NCBI GenBank assembly: GCA_051531975.1
Contig: JAOPTT010000012.1
Span: forward strand, 95,783 to 159,782
Origin: Spirochaetaceae bacterium
Lineage (GTDB): Bacteria; Spirochaetota; Spirochaetia; DSM-2461
Direction: 5' to 3'
DNA length: 64,000 bases
How positions within the stretch are numbered: the first letter of the stretch is position 1; each line of letters starts with the position of its first letter. Shown here piece by piece: positions 10,496 to 21,195 of the stretch. A model generated the notes under the pieces. That model worked only from the letters and a program-made list of their open reading frames with translations, had not been told where the DNA came from and did not search any database. The translations under genes were made by a program, and so were the position numbers.

Positions 10496-11275
10496 ATGAA
10501 GAGAAGTATAATACTATTTTTATTGGTAGCTCTGTTTTCAACAACTTTAAGTTCGTTAGAAGTACCAAAATTAAAAGGTCGAGTTAATGACTATGCTAAT
10601 ATTTTAACTAGCTCAGAAGAGCAAAAGTTAGAGAGTGAGATTAAGAAGTTAGAATCTGGTTCAAGCTCACAAATTGCAATTTTAACTATTACATCTTTAG
10701 ATGGAGATAACTTAGAAGACTTCTCTATTAGAACAGTCGAAGAGTGGAAACTTGGAAAAAAAGTTAACGATAATGGTGTTCTGATTTTAGTATCCCATAA
10801 GGATAGAAAACTTCGAATAGAGGTTGGTTACGGTTTAGAAGGAACCTTAACAGATGCTAAATCAAGTTATATTATTAGAAATATAATTGCACCTAGTTTC
10901 CAGGATGGTAAAACATACACTGGTTTAAGCCAAGCAGTTTTAGCTGTAACTGGTCTAATTTCTGGAGAGTATAAAATAACACCAAACCAGACAAAACAGA
11001 GTAGTAGAAAAAGATCCTCAGGAAGATCTCCGGTTTCTATAATTTTTGTTATTCTGTTTGTTATCTTTTCTAACTTAGGTAGAAGAGGTATTAAAGGTGG
11101 CGGTCGAGGAAGAGGAAGAGGTATAGGAACTTTCTTAATCTTGAATTCAATACTAGGAGGATCATCTAGATCATCCGGTGGTTTTGGTGGTGGAAGTAGT
11201 AGTGGCTTTGGCGGAGGTGGGTTCTCTGGTGGAGGAGGCGGCTTCGGTGGTGGTGGATCATCAGGTGGCTGGTAA
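10496..11275 (+). CDS. TPM domain protein (YgcG-like) with Gly-rich tail
   Basis: RVNDYANIL, DNGVLILV, RIEVGYGLEG.LTD, C-terminal GGGFGGGGSSGGW. Confidence 0.92.
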   Translation: MKRSIILFLLVALFSTTLSSLEVPKLKGRVNDYANILTSSEEQKLESEIKKLESGSSSQIAILTITSLDGDNLEDFSIRTVEEWKLGKKVNDNGVLILVSHKDRKLRIEVGYGLEGTLTDAKSSYIIRNIIAPSFQDGKTYTGLSQAVLAVTGLISGEYKITPNQTKQSSRKRSSGRSPVSIIFVILFVIFSNLGRRGIKGGGRGRGRGIGTFLILNSILGGSSRSSGGFGGGSSSGFGGGGFSGGGGGFGGGGSSGGW

Positions 11276-11316
11276 TTTAAAACTTTTGAGTATTACCTAA
11301 ATAAAAGTTAATACTT

Positions 11317-11341
11317 AGTAGGGTCATAAAGACCCTACTAA
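11317..11341. terminator. hairpin between convergent genes
   Basis: TAGTAGGGTC-ATAAA-GACCCTACTA. Confidence 0.7.
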
Positions 11342-11343
11342 AT

Positions 11344-12339
11344 TTACCCTAATATAATTTTATCAATTATTTTTAACTCTGAATCACTAAAGTCCAAATT
11401 GTTTTGAGCATTGGCACAATCCATAATCTGACTAGGTTTACTAGCACCTATTAACACAGAACATATAGACTTTTGACGTAAATTCCAGGCTAAGGACATC
11501 TGAGCAAGAGATTGACCTCTATTTATTGCAATTTCATTTAAGGATTTAATAATTTTTAACTTATCATCTGATATATCATTACTTTTTAAGAACCTTCCAT
11601 CTGTTGCTATTCTAGAATCTGATGGGATTCCATCTAAATATCTATTTGTTAAAAGACCTTTCTCCAGAGGGGAAAATGTTATACATCCTACTTGTTCCTC
11701 TTCTTGAACATCCAAAAGACCATTTTCTATACGACGATCAAACATATTATATTTAACCTGATGGATCAGACATGGTGTGCCTAAATCTTTTAAAATCTTA
11801 AATGCTTCCCTAGCGTCTTCTGGTTCGTAGTAGTTAGATATTCCTACATAAAGTGCTTTACCTGATCTAACAATCTGATCCAAGGTCGACATTGTCTCAT
11901 ATAGTGGAGTATCTGGATCTCTTCTATGATGATAAAAAATATCTACATAATCTAAATCCATTCGTTTCAGACTCTGATCTAAACTTGATATTAACTGTTT
12001 TTTAGAACCCCAGTTTCCATAAGGTCCTGGCCACATATCATAACCAGCTTTTGTTGATATTAATAATTCATCTCTATATGGTTTTAAATCTTGTTTTAAT
12101 ATTTTACCAAAGTTCTCTTCAGCACTTCCAGATGGAGGTCCATAGTTATTAGCTAGGTCAAAGTGGGTTAATCCTAAATCGAAAGCTGTTTTTGCCATCT
12201 GCCTGCTGTTTTCATAAATTGTAGCATCACTAAAATTATGCCACAAACCAAGGGATATAGCTGGAAACTTTATACCTGAATTTCCACTACGTAAATATTC
12301 CATGTTGTTGTATCTGTCATCTTTTGCTTTATATTCCAT
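11344..12339 (-). CDS. mgrA: aldo/keto reductase, L-glyceraldehyde-3-phosphate reductase (YghZ/MgrA) type
   Basis: SLGLWHNF, HFDLANNYGPP.GSAE, STKAGYDMWPGPYG.WGS.K. Confidence 0.9.
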   Translation of the reverse strand: MEYKAKDDRYNNMEYLRSGNSGIKFPAISLGLWHNFSDATIYENSRQMAKTAFDLGLTHFDLANNYGPPSGSAEENFGKILKQDLKPYRDELLISTKAGYDMWPGPYGNWGSKKQLISSLDQSLKRMDLDYVDIFYHHRRDPDTPLYETMSTLDQIVRSGKALYVGISNYYEPEDAREAFKILKDLGTPCLIHQVKYNMFDRRIENGLLDVQEEEQVGCITFSPLEKGLLTNRYLDGIPSDSRIATDGRFLKSNDISDDKLKIIKSLNEIAINRGQSLAQMSLAWNLRQKSICSVLIGASKPSQIMDCANAQNNLDFSDSELKIIDKIILG

Positions 12340-12412
12340 GAATAAATAATAACACCCTATTAAAATGCATAACATGGTTTTATTTACGAACAATTTGTAT
12401 TATCTTCATATT

Positions 12413-13219
12413 ATGGCAAATAGAACATATCAGTTAGCAATCCCAGAAGATGATATTAAAACTGACTTTGGAATTCGTTTTATTGGAATCAATAGAGAAA
12501 AACCTCCAGGACTTGTTACTAACCATTGTGGTATTCCTGCACTATTTTTTCTACAAATACATAGTTCTGGAATTATAAATGGTCAAAAAACAGAAAAACA
12601 AGCAACAATTATATGGTTACCTGGAGAGACCCACAGTTTTGGATCAGAAGAAAATAAATGGTCACATAGTTGGATAAAGTTTATAGGCCAGAGGGCTATA
12701 ACAATTTTTAATGAATATAACATACCTTTAGGACAACCATTCTACCTTAAAAGGGATCAACTATTTGAAAAATATACAACTCAAATTTCAGAAGAGATCA
12801 GACCCCATGTAACCCCGGATATAAGAATCATTGAAAATATTTATAGAAACTTCTTAATGGAGATAGAGAGGGACTTAACAGAGATAAATACAACATTAAT
12901 TCCACTAAATATACAAAAAGTTAAAGACCTATTAGATACTAAATATTACAAAAATATGCACTTAAAAGATCTTAGTGAAGAGTGTAATCTTGCACCAAAC
13001 TATCTAACCTCAGAGTTCAAAAATTATTATGGTTTATCAATTATAAACTATTTAATTCAGGTTAGAGTTTTTCATGCCAAAATGTTATTAAGTAATTTAA
13101 AACTAAATATAGGTGATGTAGCTAGAGAGGTTGGATACGAAGATATTCAGCACTTTTCCAAATTGTTTAAAAAACACACTGGTTATAGTCCTTCGGAGTT
13201 TAGAAAGAAGGTTCTATAG
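12413..13219 (+). CDS. AraC-family transcriptional regulator
   Basis: C-terminal VAREVGYEDIQHFSKLFKKHTGYSPSEFRK. Confidence 0.93.
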   Translation: MANRTYQLAIPEDDIKTDFGIRFIGINREKPPGLVTNHCGIPALFFLQIHSSGIINGQKTEKQATIIWLPGETHSFGSEENKWSHSWIKFIGQRAITIFNEYNIPLGQPFYLKRDQLFEKYTTQISEEIRPHVTPDIRIIENIYRNFLMEIERDLTEINTTLIPLNIQKVKDLLDTKYYKNMHLKDLSEECNLAPNYLTSEFKNYYGLSIINYLIQVRVFHAKMLLSNLKLNIGDVAREVGYEDIQHFSKLFKKHTGYSPSEFRKKVL

Positions 13220-14113
13220 ATTAAAATGTTTAAGAACTCCAGGTTTGAAATGAGTTATATTTGTAACATCAGTTAAAAACAGTTCTTTTAATGCCATGTT
13301 TTCTGATAAATATAAAAATGGAACTGGATTTTTTGTATGATTCCCTGTTGAAATATCTTCTGAGTTACCATGGTCACTTGTTAATATTATATCTATGTTA
13401 TTGTTTCCACTATTCCATAACGATCCAATAAATTTATTAAGTTTTTGGACTTCAAATAGAAGTTTTTCTCTATTTTTTTTATGTCCATAACTATCCGTAA
13501 TAAAATATTCAAAAAAGACAAAATCATTTTGTTCACAAATATTTAACATATTTTTTGCTGCTTCTTCCGGGGTAATTATATCTATATCATAACCTCTAGC
13601 TCTAATAACATTATTTGTTATGTCTGCAAAAACAGCTTCACCCTTGTTATAATCAGCCAAGAATTTAAAATCTATTTCTGCATGTATAACAGATAGGGCA
13701 GAGACTGGTAACATATTTTTTGATCTAGATTCACGGTTTTTGAAATATTCTTTAGAATACATATTTGCACAGGTAACTTTTAAACCCTTGTCCTTAAGGG
13801 TTAATAACATATTGTGTTCTTTTATTAACTCTATAAGAGGTGGGTTTGGGAATGCAGTATGGTGGTGTCCTAATAAACCCTGACCACTAATCCCTGTTAA
13901 AATTGAAGTTTGTCCTGTTGCAGATTGTGGGGTGCCTTTTATATCAAGAATTGCATCTATAGGTTTTAAAAGATACTTATCTGTTAATTTAGGGAATTTC
14001 TCTAATATAAAATCCTCTCCAGTAATATTACTAAAAAGTTCTATCATAGGATTATCATCAGTGTTAGAACCAAGACCAACACCATCTAAAAAAATAAACA
14101 GTAACTTTCTCAT
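13214..14113 (-). CDS. alkaline-phosphatase-superfamily metalloenzyme (phosphoglycerate-mutase-like)
   Basis: FLDGVGLG, PQSATGQT, D..GH, TSDHGN, HT.NPVP. Confidence 0.85.
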   Translation of the reverse strand: MRKLLFIFLDGVGLGSNTDDNPMIELFSNITGEDFILEKFPKLTDKYLLKPIDAILDIKGTPQSATGQTSILTGISGQGLLGHHHTAFPNPPLIELIKEHNMLLTLKDKGLKVTCANMYSKEYFKNRESRSKNMLPVSALSVIHAEIDFKFLADYNKGEAVFADITNNVIRARGYDIDIITPEEAAKNMLNICEQNDFVFFEYFITDSYGHKKNREKLLFEVQKLNKFIGSLWNSGNNNIDIILTSDHGNSEDISTGNHTKNPVPFLYLSENMALKELFLTDVTNITHFKPGVLKHFNL

Positions 14114-15444
14114 ATCTTTACTCCTCTATCTATTTTTTTGAGGAAGTAGAAAAATAGTGATGTTAATATAATACCTTTAAAAATAGTTGTCACAGATATA
14201 CTATACCATACTCCAGAAACACCTAGGCCAAATACGGTCGCTAATAAAATTGATAATGGAATTCTAGATGCAGTTAAACTAACACTAACAATTGGTGGTA
14301 TACCAGTTTTGCCAATACCGTTAAATGCCCCCATTGTTGTAATTTCTATACACATAAATATTTGTGAAATTGATAATATCCTAAGGTAGACTATTCCACC
14401 TTGTATTACGCTCTCTTCCTGTACAAACAGTGAAAATATCTCCCTTGGAAATATAAAAAACATTGCCGATACAATTATTCCAACAACTCCCATTATAGAT
14501 ATGGCACTAATATAACCTTTTTTTAATCTATCAAACTTTTTAGCTCCATAGTTTTGACCTATAAAGGATGTTATTGCCGCTTGCATACCAGCAGCAGTAA
14601 CCCAGGAGATAGATTCTAACTGAATACCTATTTTTTGTATTGCAATGGCATCTGTACCCCAGTTAGATATAATTTTTCCTATCATTATAGATATTGTTGT
14701 AAAAGTAACCCTTTGTATTGCAACCGGATAACTTAGTTTTACTATTTTTAGGACTTTATCGAACCTTAAACCTAACCCGGTATAAGATTTTATATTACTA
14801 CTTTTTATAAATACTATAACATAAATTATTGCAGATAGTGTCTGTGCTATAACTGTTGCATAGGCAGCACCCTTAATACCCATGTTAAACTTAAATATTA
14901 AAATTGGGTCTAGGACTATATTTAATATTAGGGATAAACTTCCAATTATTAGAGGAATTCTACCTGATCCATAACCTATAAATATTCTGTTAAATGTTAG
15001 ATTTAAATTCTTAAATATTGAGAAACTAATTACTATAGTTAAATAATCTATAGCACCTTTATAAATATAAGTTGATTTTATATTAAAAAATCCTATTAAC
15101 GGTTTCCTAAATATAACAACTGTTGTAGTTATTAAAAAACTTAGAACTAATATAATAAATAGTGATGAAAATACACACTCTATGCTATCCTTATACCTTT
15201 TTTCCCCAACTGCATGGCTAACCTTAATACCGGCACCAATAAATGCTAATGTTGCTATTGCATAACTTAGATTTATATAAAATCCGGCGGTTCCAACAGC
15301 TGCAACACTATCACTACTTAATTTACCTAACCAGTACATATCTATTATCTGATACGCCATCTGAAACATACTTGCAGCCATTACAGGAAGGCTGACTTTT
15401 AGAAGATTTTTAATTATACTACCGTTAGTTAGATCTTTTATCAT
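14110..15444 (-). CDS. MATE family efflux transporter
   Basis: NIVLDPILIF, GAAYAT, GQNYGA; about 12 TM segments. Confidence 0.93.
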   Translation of the reverse strand: MIKDLTNGSIIKNLLKVSLPVMAASMFQMAYQIIDMYWLGKLSSDSVAAVGTAGFYINLSYAIATLAFIGAGIKVSHAVGEKRYKDSIECVFSSLFIILVLSFLITTTVVIFRKPLIGFFNIKSTYIYKGAIDYLTIVISFSIFKNLNLTFNRIFIGYGSGRIPLIIGSLSLILNIVLDPILIFKFNMGIKGAAYATVIAQTLSAIIYVIVFIKSSNIKSYTGLGLRFDKVLKIVKLSYPVAIQRVTFTTISIMIGKIISNWGTDAIAIQKIGIQLESISWVTAAGMQAAITSFIGQNYGAKKFDRLKKGYISAISIMGVVGIIVSAMFFIFPREIFSLFVQEESVIQGGIVYLRILSISQIFMCIEITTMGAFNGIGKTGIPPIVSVSLTASRIPLSILLATVFGLGVSGVWYSISVTTIFKGIILTSLFFYFLKKIDRGVKI

Positions 15445-15500
15445 ATATGCTTTTTAAGATACTGAGGTATAACAGATTAGTCAATTAAAGGTGATAGTAA

Positions 15501-16757
15501 ATGAATTATATAGATTTTCATGTTCATACAAAATATACATTAGGAAATGGTTTAACAGAGATTCCAGAGTTAATAAAACAGGCAAAAAAGTTTGGTATGA
15601 AAGCTTTGGCAATTACTGATAGTGGTACAACTAAAGGTTTTAGTGAATTTGGTAAAAAATGTTTTTCAAAGGGAATTAAGCCGATCTTTGGTTGTGGGTT
15701 TTATGTTGCAATTTTAGGTTTAGAGTATAAACAAACAGCCCATATGGTTCTGATTGCAAAAAATGTCGAAGGGTATAAAAACTTAATTAAACTAGCCCAG
15801 TTCTCCTACGATAAAGGGTTACATAATAAACCAAGAATAGATTTTGATATATTAAAGCAACACAATGCTGGTTTAGCATGTTTAACCGGGGGGTTAGGTG
15901 GAATTATTGATAAACCATATATAGATGGCAATAAAAATATGGCAATTGAAAACCTACAAACTGTAAAAGGTATTTTTGGTAAGGATTTATATATTGAGCT
16001 TCAGGACAATGGTTTAGAATTAAATCAGTTAATGGGTAAAGAGCTTATTAAGATAGCAAATGAGCAAGATATTAAGTTAATTGCCACAGGAGGCAGTTTT
16101 TATATTAACCCATCAGATTCTGTTTTATGTAATAAGCTAAGAGAAGACAATGGAAATAATTTATTAGAAGGAAATGGCTACTATTTTAAATCTGAGAAAG
16201 AGATTATACAGAACTTTAATCATGTCCCAGAAAGTATTGAGAATACAATAAAATTATATAAAGAGATTACACTAACAGGTCTTCAGGTTATGTCTATTGG
16301 TATGAGGCGGAAGGATAAACAGGAATTTAGTATAAATATAATAGAGGATATTCTAAAAAATAATGACCATTGCCGGATAGGATTATCAGATAATAATGTT
16401 CCTTATATTGTATCGTTAAATTATGGTTATAAAGATGAATATCTCTATTTTCATTCTGCAACTCAGGGTAAAAAAATTGATATTGCAAAAAATAATTCAA
16501 ATGTATGTTATGAAATATCAGATAACATAGAGATAACTACAGGAAAATACGCATGGGATTATACCACAAAGTTTAGATCTTTAGTTGGAAATAGTAAATT
16601 AGAGTTTGTGGAAGATCTAGAAGAGAAGAAGATTGCTATACAGGCTATTATGGACCAGGTAGCCTCGGTTAAAGATTGGGGTATCCCGGATAAAATGTTA
16701 ATAGAACTGACTATTTTTAAAATTAGTACAAAAGGAATAAGTTGTAAAATATCCTAA
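15501..16757 (+). CDS. DnaE-like PHP domain fused to a pyridoxamine-5'-phosphate-oxidase/NimA-like flavin-binding domain
   Basis: N-terminal HVHTKY, AITD, KPIFG, LIAKN..GYKNL; C-terminal MRRKDK, PYIVSLNYGY, LYFHSA..GKK. Confidence 0.75.
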   Translation: MNYIDFHVHTKYTLGNGLTEIPELIKQAKKFGMKALAITDSGTTKGFSEFGKKCFSKGIKPIFGCGFYVAILGLEYKQTAHMVLIAKNVEGYKNLIKLAQFSYDKGLHNKPRIDFDILKQHNAGLACLTGGLGGIIDKPYIDGNKNMAIENLQTVKGIFGKDLYIELQDNGLELNQLMGKELIKIANEQDIKLIATGGSFYINPSDSVLCNKLREDNGNNLLEGNGYYFKSEKEIIQNFNHVPESIENTIKLYKEITLTGLQVMSIGMRRKDKQEFSINIIEDILKNNDHCRIGLSDNNVPYIVSLNYGYKDEYLYFHSATQGKKIDIAKNNSNVCYEISDNIEITTGKYAWDYTTKFRSLVGNSKLEFVEDLEEKKIAIQAIMDQVASVKDWGIPDKMLIELTIFKISTKGISCKIS

Positions 16758-16817
16758 TATTGTTAAACCCAATATTTAAGGTTATAGTTATATTAAGATT
16801 ATTATAAAGGAATAAAA

Positions 16818-17723
16818 ATGAAACCTACATTATTAGTATTAGCAGCTGGAATGGGAAGCCGTTATGGTGGACTTAAACAGATTGATCCAATTGGTCCTAA
16901 TGGGGAAATTATAATTGACTACTCAATATTTGATGCTGTTAAAGCTGGATTTGGAAAAGTTGTATTTGTTATTAGACGAGATATAGAAGAGATGTTTAAA
17001 GAGCATATTGGTAGTAGATTTGAGGGGATTATTCCTGTGGAGTATGCATACCAACAGTTAGATGACTTACCTCCAGGTTTTAAAGTACCTAAAGGTAGAA
17101 CTAAACCTTGGGGAACTGGACATGCTATTTTTGCAGCTAGAGAAGTTATTAACGAACCTTTTGCAGTAATAAATGCTGATGACTTTTATGGTAAAAGTGC
17201 ATATACACAGTTAGCAAAAAAACTTTCTAACTCAAAAGATTCAGATGTTGCAGATTATTCTATGGTCGGATTTGTTCTAAATAATACACTATCAGAGAAC
17301 GGTTTTGTTTCTAGAGGTGTTTGTGAACTTGGTAGTAAAAATATATTAGATACAGTTGTAGAGAGAACAAATATTGTTAAAACAGAGAGTGGTGCGGAAG
17401 CTACCCTGGAAAATGGAGATAAATTACCATTAAATGGTGATGAAGTTGTATCAATGAACTTTTGGGGATTTACTCCATCTCTTTTTAAGTTTCTTGAATC
17501 TATGTTTATTAATTTCTTAGATGAGAAAGGAACTGAGCAGAAATCTGAGTTCTACATTCCTTCTGTTGTGGCTGATTTAATAGCCGAGGGAAAAGCTAAA
17601 GCCGAGGTATTTACATCTGCTGACTCTTGGTTTGGTGTTACATACCCAGAAGATAAAGATCAAGTTGTTAAGAGTGTTAGGGAACTAGTAGAAAATGGTA
17701 CTTACCCTAATAAACTGTTTTAA
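16818..17723 (+). CDS. sugar-phosphate nucleotidyltransferase
   Basis: LAAGMGSRYGGLKQ, RTKPWGTGHA, INADDFYG, WFGVTY. Confidence 0.92.
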   Translation: MKPTLLVLAAGMGSRYGGLKQIDPIGPNGEIIIDYSIFDAVKAGFGKVVFVIRRDIEEMFKEHIGSRFEGIIPVEYAYQQLDDLPPGFKVPKGRTKPWGTGHAIFAAREVINEPFAVINADDFYGKSAYTQLAKKLSNSKDSDVADYSMVGFVLNNTLSENGFVSRGVCELGSKNILDTVVERTNIVKTESGAEATLENGDKLPLNGDEVVSMNFWGFTPSLFKFLESMFINFLDEKGTEQKSEFYIPSVVADLIAEGKAKAEVFTSADSWFGVTYPEDKDQVVKSVRELVENGTYPNKLF

Positions 17724-18403
17724 TGTATAAACTCATTTTATTAGATGCTGATAATACTATATTTGATTATGATAGGGCAGAAGAGTATGCCCTATTTGAA
17801 AGCTTTAAAAAATATGGTATTACCGGTGATTATGTAAAAATCAGAGAGACATATAGAGGAATAAACTCTAAGCTTTGGAAGATGTTAGAAGATAAATTAA
17901 TAACAAAGGTTAAACTTAAAAGTGAGAGATTTAGTCAGTTATTTGAAGTTTATGGTTATGACATAGATCCAGTATCATTTTCCGGTTATTATCTATTAAA
18001 GCTAGGTGAAGGTAACTTTTTATTAGATGGTGCAGTAGAGTTATGCAGATATTTAGCTAATAAGTATAAAGTTGTAATTTTAACCAATGGTATACAGAGT
18101 GTTCAGGAGAGTAGGATTAACAGTTCTGAAATCTCACAGTATATTGATGATATTGTTACATCAGACGAGGTTGGTGTTAATAAGCCTGATAAACATATAT
18201 TCCAGTGGACCTTTGATAAATTAGGATATACTGATAAAGATTCAACTATTATTATTGGGGACTCTTTAACATCGGATATAAAAGGTGGCTTAAACTTTGG
18301 TATAGATACCTGCTGGTTTAATTTTGATCAAATTGAGAACCAGACAGATATTATACCTAAATATAAAATTGATAAGTTATCGGAGCTCTATGAGTTGCTA
18401 TAA
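17723..18403 (+). CDS. yjjG: YjjG-family HAD pyrimidine nucleotidase
   Basis: DADNT, LTNG, KP, IGDSLTSDIKGG. Confidence 0.88.
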   Translation: MYKLILLDADNTIFDYDRAEEYALFESFKKYGITGDYVKIRETYRGINSKLWKMLEDKLITKVKLKSERFSQLFEVYGYDIDPVSFSGYYLLKLGEGNFLLDGAVELCRYLANKYKVVILTNGIQSVQESRINSSEISQYIDDIVTSDEVGVNKPDKHIFQWTFDKLGYTDKDSTIIIGDSLTSDIKGGLNFGIDTCWFNFDQIENQTDIIPKYKIDKLSELYELL

Positions 18404-18423
18404 CGTTATCGGAGCTCTATGAG
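18376..18423 (+). repeat. 19-bp perfect direct repeat spanning the yjjG stop
   Basis: GTTATCGGAGCTCTATGAG at 18376-18394 and 18405-18423. Confidence 0.9.
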
Positions 18424-18428
18424 CTTCT

Positions 18429-19337
18429 CTAACTAATAATTCCATGGAAGTCAGAAATTGTTTCAAAGTTGTTATTAGACATATACTCTTTAACACCTTC
18501 TAGGACTTTCTGTGGAATAGTTGGATCAATAAATGTACCAGTTCCAATCTGAATAGCACTAGCACCTGCTAAAAAGTACTCTATAGCATCTTCAGCATTC
18601 ATAATTCCACCAAGACCAATTACAGGTATAGAAACTTTTTTAGATACTCTGTAAACAGCGGCAACTCCTACTGGCTTAATTGCAGGTCCAGAAAGACCTC
18701 CAGTTTTAGCAGCTATCGCTGGTTTCTTTTTATGTATATCAATCTTCATCCCCATAACTGTATTTATACAGGAAATTGCATCGGCTCCACCACGTTCACA
18801 CGCCATAGCTACCTGGGTAATATCTGTTACATTTGGAGTTAATTTCATAATTACTGGTTTATCTGTCATCAATCTAATAGCTTTAGTTAAACGTTCAACC
18901 TGAATTGGATCTGTTCCAAAAGCTAAACCACCTGTTTTAACATTTGGACAAGATATATTTATCTCATAACCCCAAACAGAATCTACATGGTCTATTAGTT
19001 CTATAACTTTTAAGTACTCTTCTTCTGTTGAACCTGCAACATTAACAATTACAGCACAATTTTTAATACTATCAATAAATGGAACCTTTTTACTTAAAAA
19101 ACCTTCTACTCCACTATTAGCTAGGCCAATAGAGTTAATTAACCCATTAGGAGTCTCTGTTAATCTAGGTAGTGCATTTCCCTCTCTAGGAAGAACTGTA
19201 ACAGCTTTTGTAAAGATTGCTCCAAGCTTAGATAGATCTATTAACTGGTCATACTCTTCGCCAAAACCAAAAGTTCCAGACGCTGTTCCCACAGGATTAG
19301 GAAGGTATTTATCTCGAATTTTTACTTTTAAGTCCAT
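18429..19337 (-). CDS. pyrD: dihydroorotate dehydrogenase class 1B catalytic subunit
   Basis: ASGTFG, NSIGL.N, EINISCPN, KLTPNVTDI, GGLSGPAIKP. Confidence 0.96.
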   Translation of the reverse strand: MDLKVKIRDKYLPNPVGTASGTFGFGEEYDQLIDLSKLGAIFTKAVTVLPREGNALPRLTETPNGLINSIGLANSGVEGFLSKKVPFIDSIKNCAVIVNVAGSTEEEYLKVIELIDHVDSVWGYEINISCPNVKTGGLAFGTDPIQVERLTKAIRLMTDKPVIMKLTPNVTDITQVAMACERGGADAISCINTVMGMKIDIHKKKPAIAAKTGGLSGPAIKPVGVAAVYRVSKKVSIPVIGLGGIMNAEDAIEYFLAGASAIQIGTGTFIDPTIPQKVLEGVKEYMSNNNFETISDFHGIIS

Positions 19338-20083
19338 ATTATCTCCCTGCTGTTAAATACTGGTCCATCTTTACAGACCCTTTTATATTTTTCATCTAAG
19401 TTTGTCTCTACTACACATCCATAACAAGCACCAACAGCACATGCCATCATCTCTTCTAAGGATACTTGGCACTGTAAGTCATATTTTAATGCTAAGTTGT
19501 GGCAAGCTTTTAACATAATATGAGGTCCACATCCTAATAGTTCTGTATCTTTTAGATATTTTTTACCATCTGATTCTAAATACTGGGCAACATTACCTTT
19601 AAAACCCATAGAACCATCATCAGTACAGATTATAGTTTCTATACCATCTGCTAAGTCCATTTCAGGTATAAAACTTTTGTCTCTAGCCCCTACAACTAAA
19701 ACAGGATCTAATCTCATCTCTTTAAAGTAGTTTGCTGTAAAAATCATTGGACCTAAACCAATTCCTCCTGCAACTAACACTGGTCTTTTTGCAGGTTTTG
19801 AAAAAGCTACACCTAAAGGGCCTAAAATACTAACTTCGTCTCCAGGTTTAAGTTTGGAAAACTCTGAAGTAGCATCACCAACGGTTTTATATATAATAGA
19901 ACCTTGGCCGTTTTTGTAATCAGAAAATGCAAATGGTCTCCGTAATAGAGGAAGACCCTCGGGTTTAATTGTTAAAAACTGTCCTGGTTTAGGGACAAAA
20001 TTTTCATTCCATGTAAAAACTAACTCGTAATAATCTGCTGCAATTAGCCTATTATTAATTACTTTGCACTGTTCCTGAATCAT
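19328..20083 (-). CDS. pyrK: dihydroorotate dehydrogenase electron transfer subunit
   Basis: LRRPF, GPLG, GGIG, TDDGS, MAC.VGAC.GC, VC.DGPVF. Confidence 0.95.
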   Translation of the reverse strand: MIQEQCKVINNRLIAADYYELVFTWNENFVPKPGQFLTIKPEGLPLLRRPFAFSDYKNGQGSIIYKTVGDATSEFSKLKPGDEVSILGPLGVAFSKPAKRPVLVAGGIGLGPMIFTANYFKEMRLDPVLVVGARDKSFIPEMDLADGIETIICTDDGSMGFKGNVAQYLESDGKKYLKDTELLGCGPHIMLKACHNLALKYDLQCQVSLEEMMACAVGACYGCVVETNLDEKYKRVCKDGPVFNSREIIWT

Positions 20084-20090
20084 AAATATT

Positions 20091-20522
20091 TTATCTCTCC
20101 GAAATTATTTTTTGCCACTCATCACTGTTATCTAATGTTGGCTTTAAGTACTTTTCTAGTTTTGAAAGTTTTAATGCAGTCTCTATTTCTATAATATGTT
20201 CTATCTGGCAACCTATTTTTGTCGCATTTTCTTCATCCATAAGTAGTACATTTTTAAAAAAAGATACTAACAATTTATGTTTTTCATAAACTTTTACTGC
20301 TATGGACATACCACTTTCAGTAAGGTTAATAAAAGAATTCTTTTCGTACTCTATTAAACCTTTAGATTTTAAGTTTTTAAGAGCTCCAGATACTGATGGC
20401 ATCTGAACACCTAGATCAGAGGCTATATCTTTTACCCTTGCAACTCTATTTTTTTTCTCTAATTGCAGTATTGTCTCTAGGTAATCCTCTAAGCTTGGGG
20501 TTAGTTTTATTATATCTTCCAT
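20091..20522 (-). CDS. DtxR/MntR metal-dependent regulator
   Basis: SLEDYLE, RVKDIA..LGV..PSVS, C.IEH. Confidence 0.92.
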   Translation of the reverse strand: MEDIIKLTPSLEDYLETILQLEKKNRVARVKDIASDLGVQMPSVSGALKNLKSKGLIEYEKNSFINLTESGMSIAVKVYEKHKLLVSFFKNVLLMDEENATKIGCQIEHIIEIETALKLSKLEKYLKPTLDNSDEWQKIISER

Positions 20523-20571
20523 TTTGTCACCTTATTTTATTAGTATTAGCTATCAAAGTTTAGCATATTAA

Positions 20572-21066
20572 CTAAAGCCTTTCAACTTTGGTTCTCTCAG
20601 TTTTAAGTCTCTTTTTTTTAATTCGCCAATATTCAACTAACTCTATATTATCCAAAGGGTTATCTAAATCCCACATTGTTAGTTCATAGAATCCTAAATC
20701 CCAGTTTCTGATAACATCATAGGTTATTTCAGGAGGATTCCACCCTTTATTATCTCTACCTAATAAAATAAAAAACTCATTAGAAGGGAACTCTTTTAAG
20801 TTATGACCATTAAAAATCGCATTTAAAGGTACATTTGGCAGTGAAACTCCCCACCAATCATCAATTTTTTTAATATCACCTGTTCTAAACTCTGTTAAAA
20901 TATCTATTTTTTTATTAAACTCATTTTTAGATATTAGTGAACTGTATGATTCTAATATAGCTATAGGTGGCAAACACACTAAAAGTGGGGAGCCCAGCTG
21001 TATTTTTTTGTATTTATTATCGAGATTAGATGCAGGTATAAGTGCTGTAAAATATATTTTCTTCAT
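20572..21066 (-). CDS. hypothetical protein
   Basis: 164-aa ORF filling the intergenic space. Confidence 0.6.
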   Translation of the reverse strand: MKKIYFTALIPASNLDNKYKKIQLGSPLLVCLPPIAILESYSSLISKNEFNKKIDILTEFRTGDIKKIDDWWGVSLPNVPLNAIFNGHNLKEFPSNEFFILLGRDNKGWNPPEITYDVIRNWDLGFYELTMWDLDNPLDNIELVEYWRIKKKRLKTERTKVERL

Positions 21067-21195
21067 AAGTCTGAAGGTATTATATATATTCTTTAAATTT
21101 AATTCTACAAAGAGAGTTTAAAGGCTTTACATCTTTATCTATATTTGGTATTTTACACTCACTTATTGAGTAATTTTTCTTAAGGTAGGAATATA

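Noticed and set aside
11090..11275. G-rich low-complexity repeat
   Set aside because: It encodes the normal Gly/Ser-rich tail of YgcG/TPM proteins.
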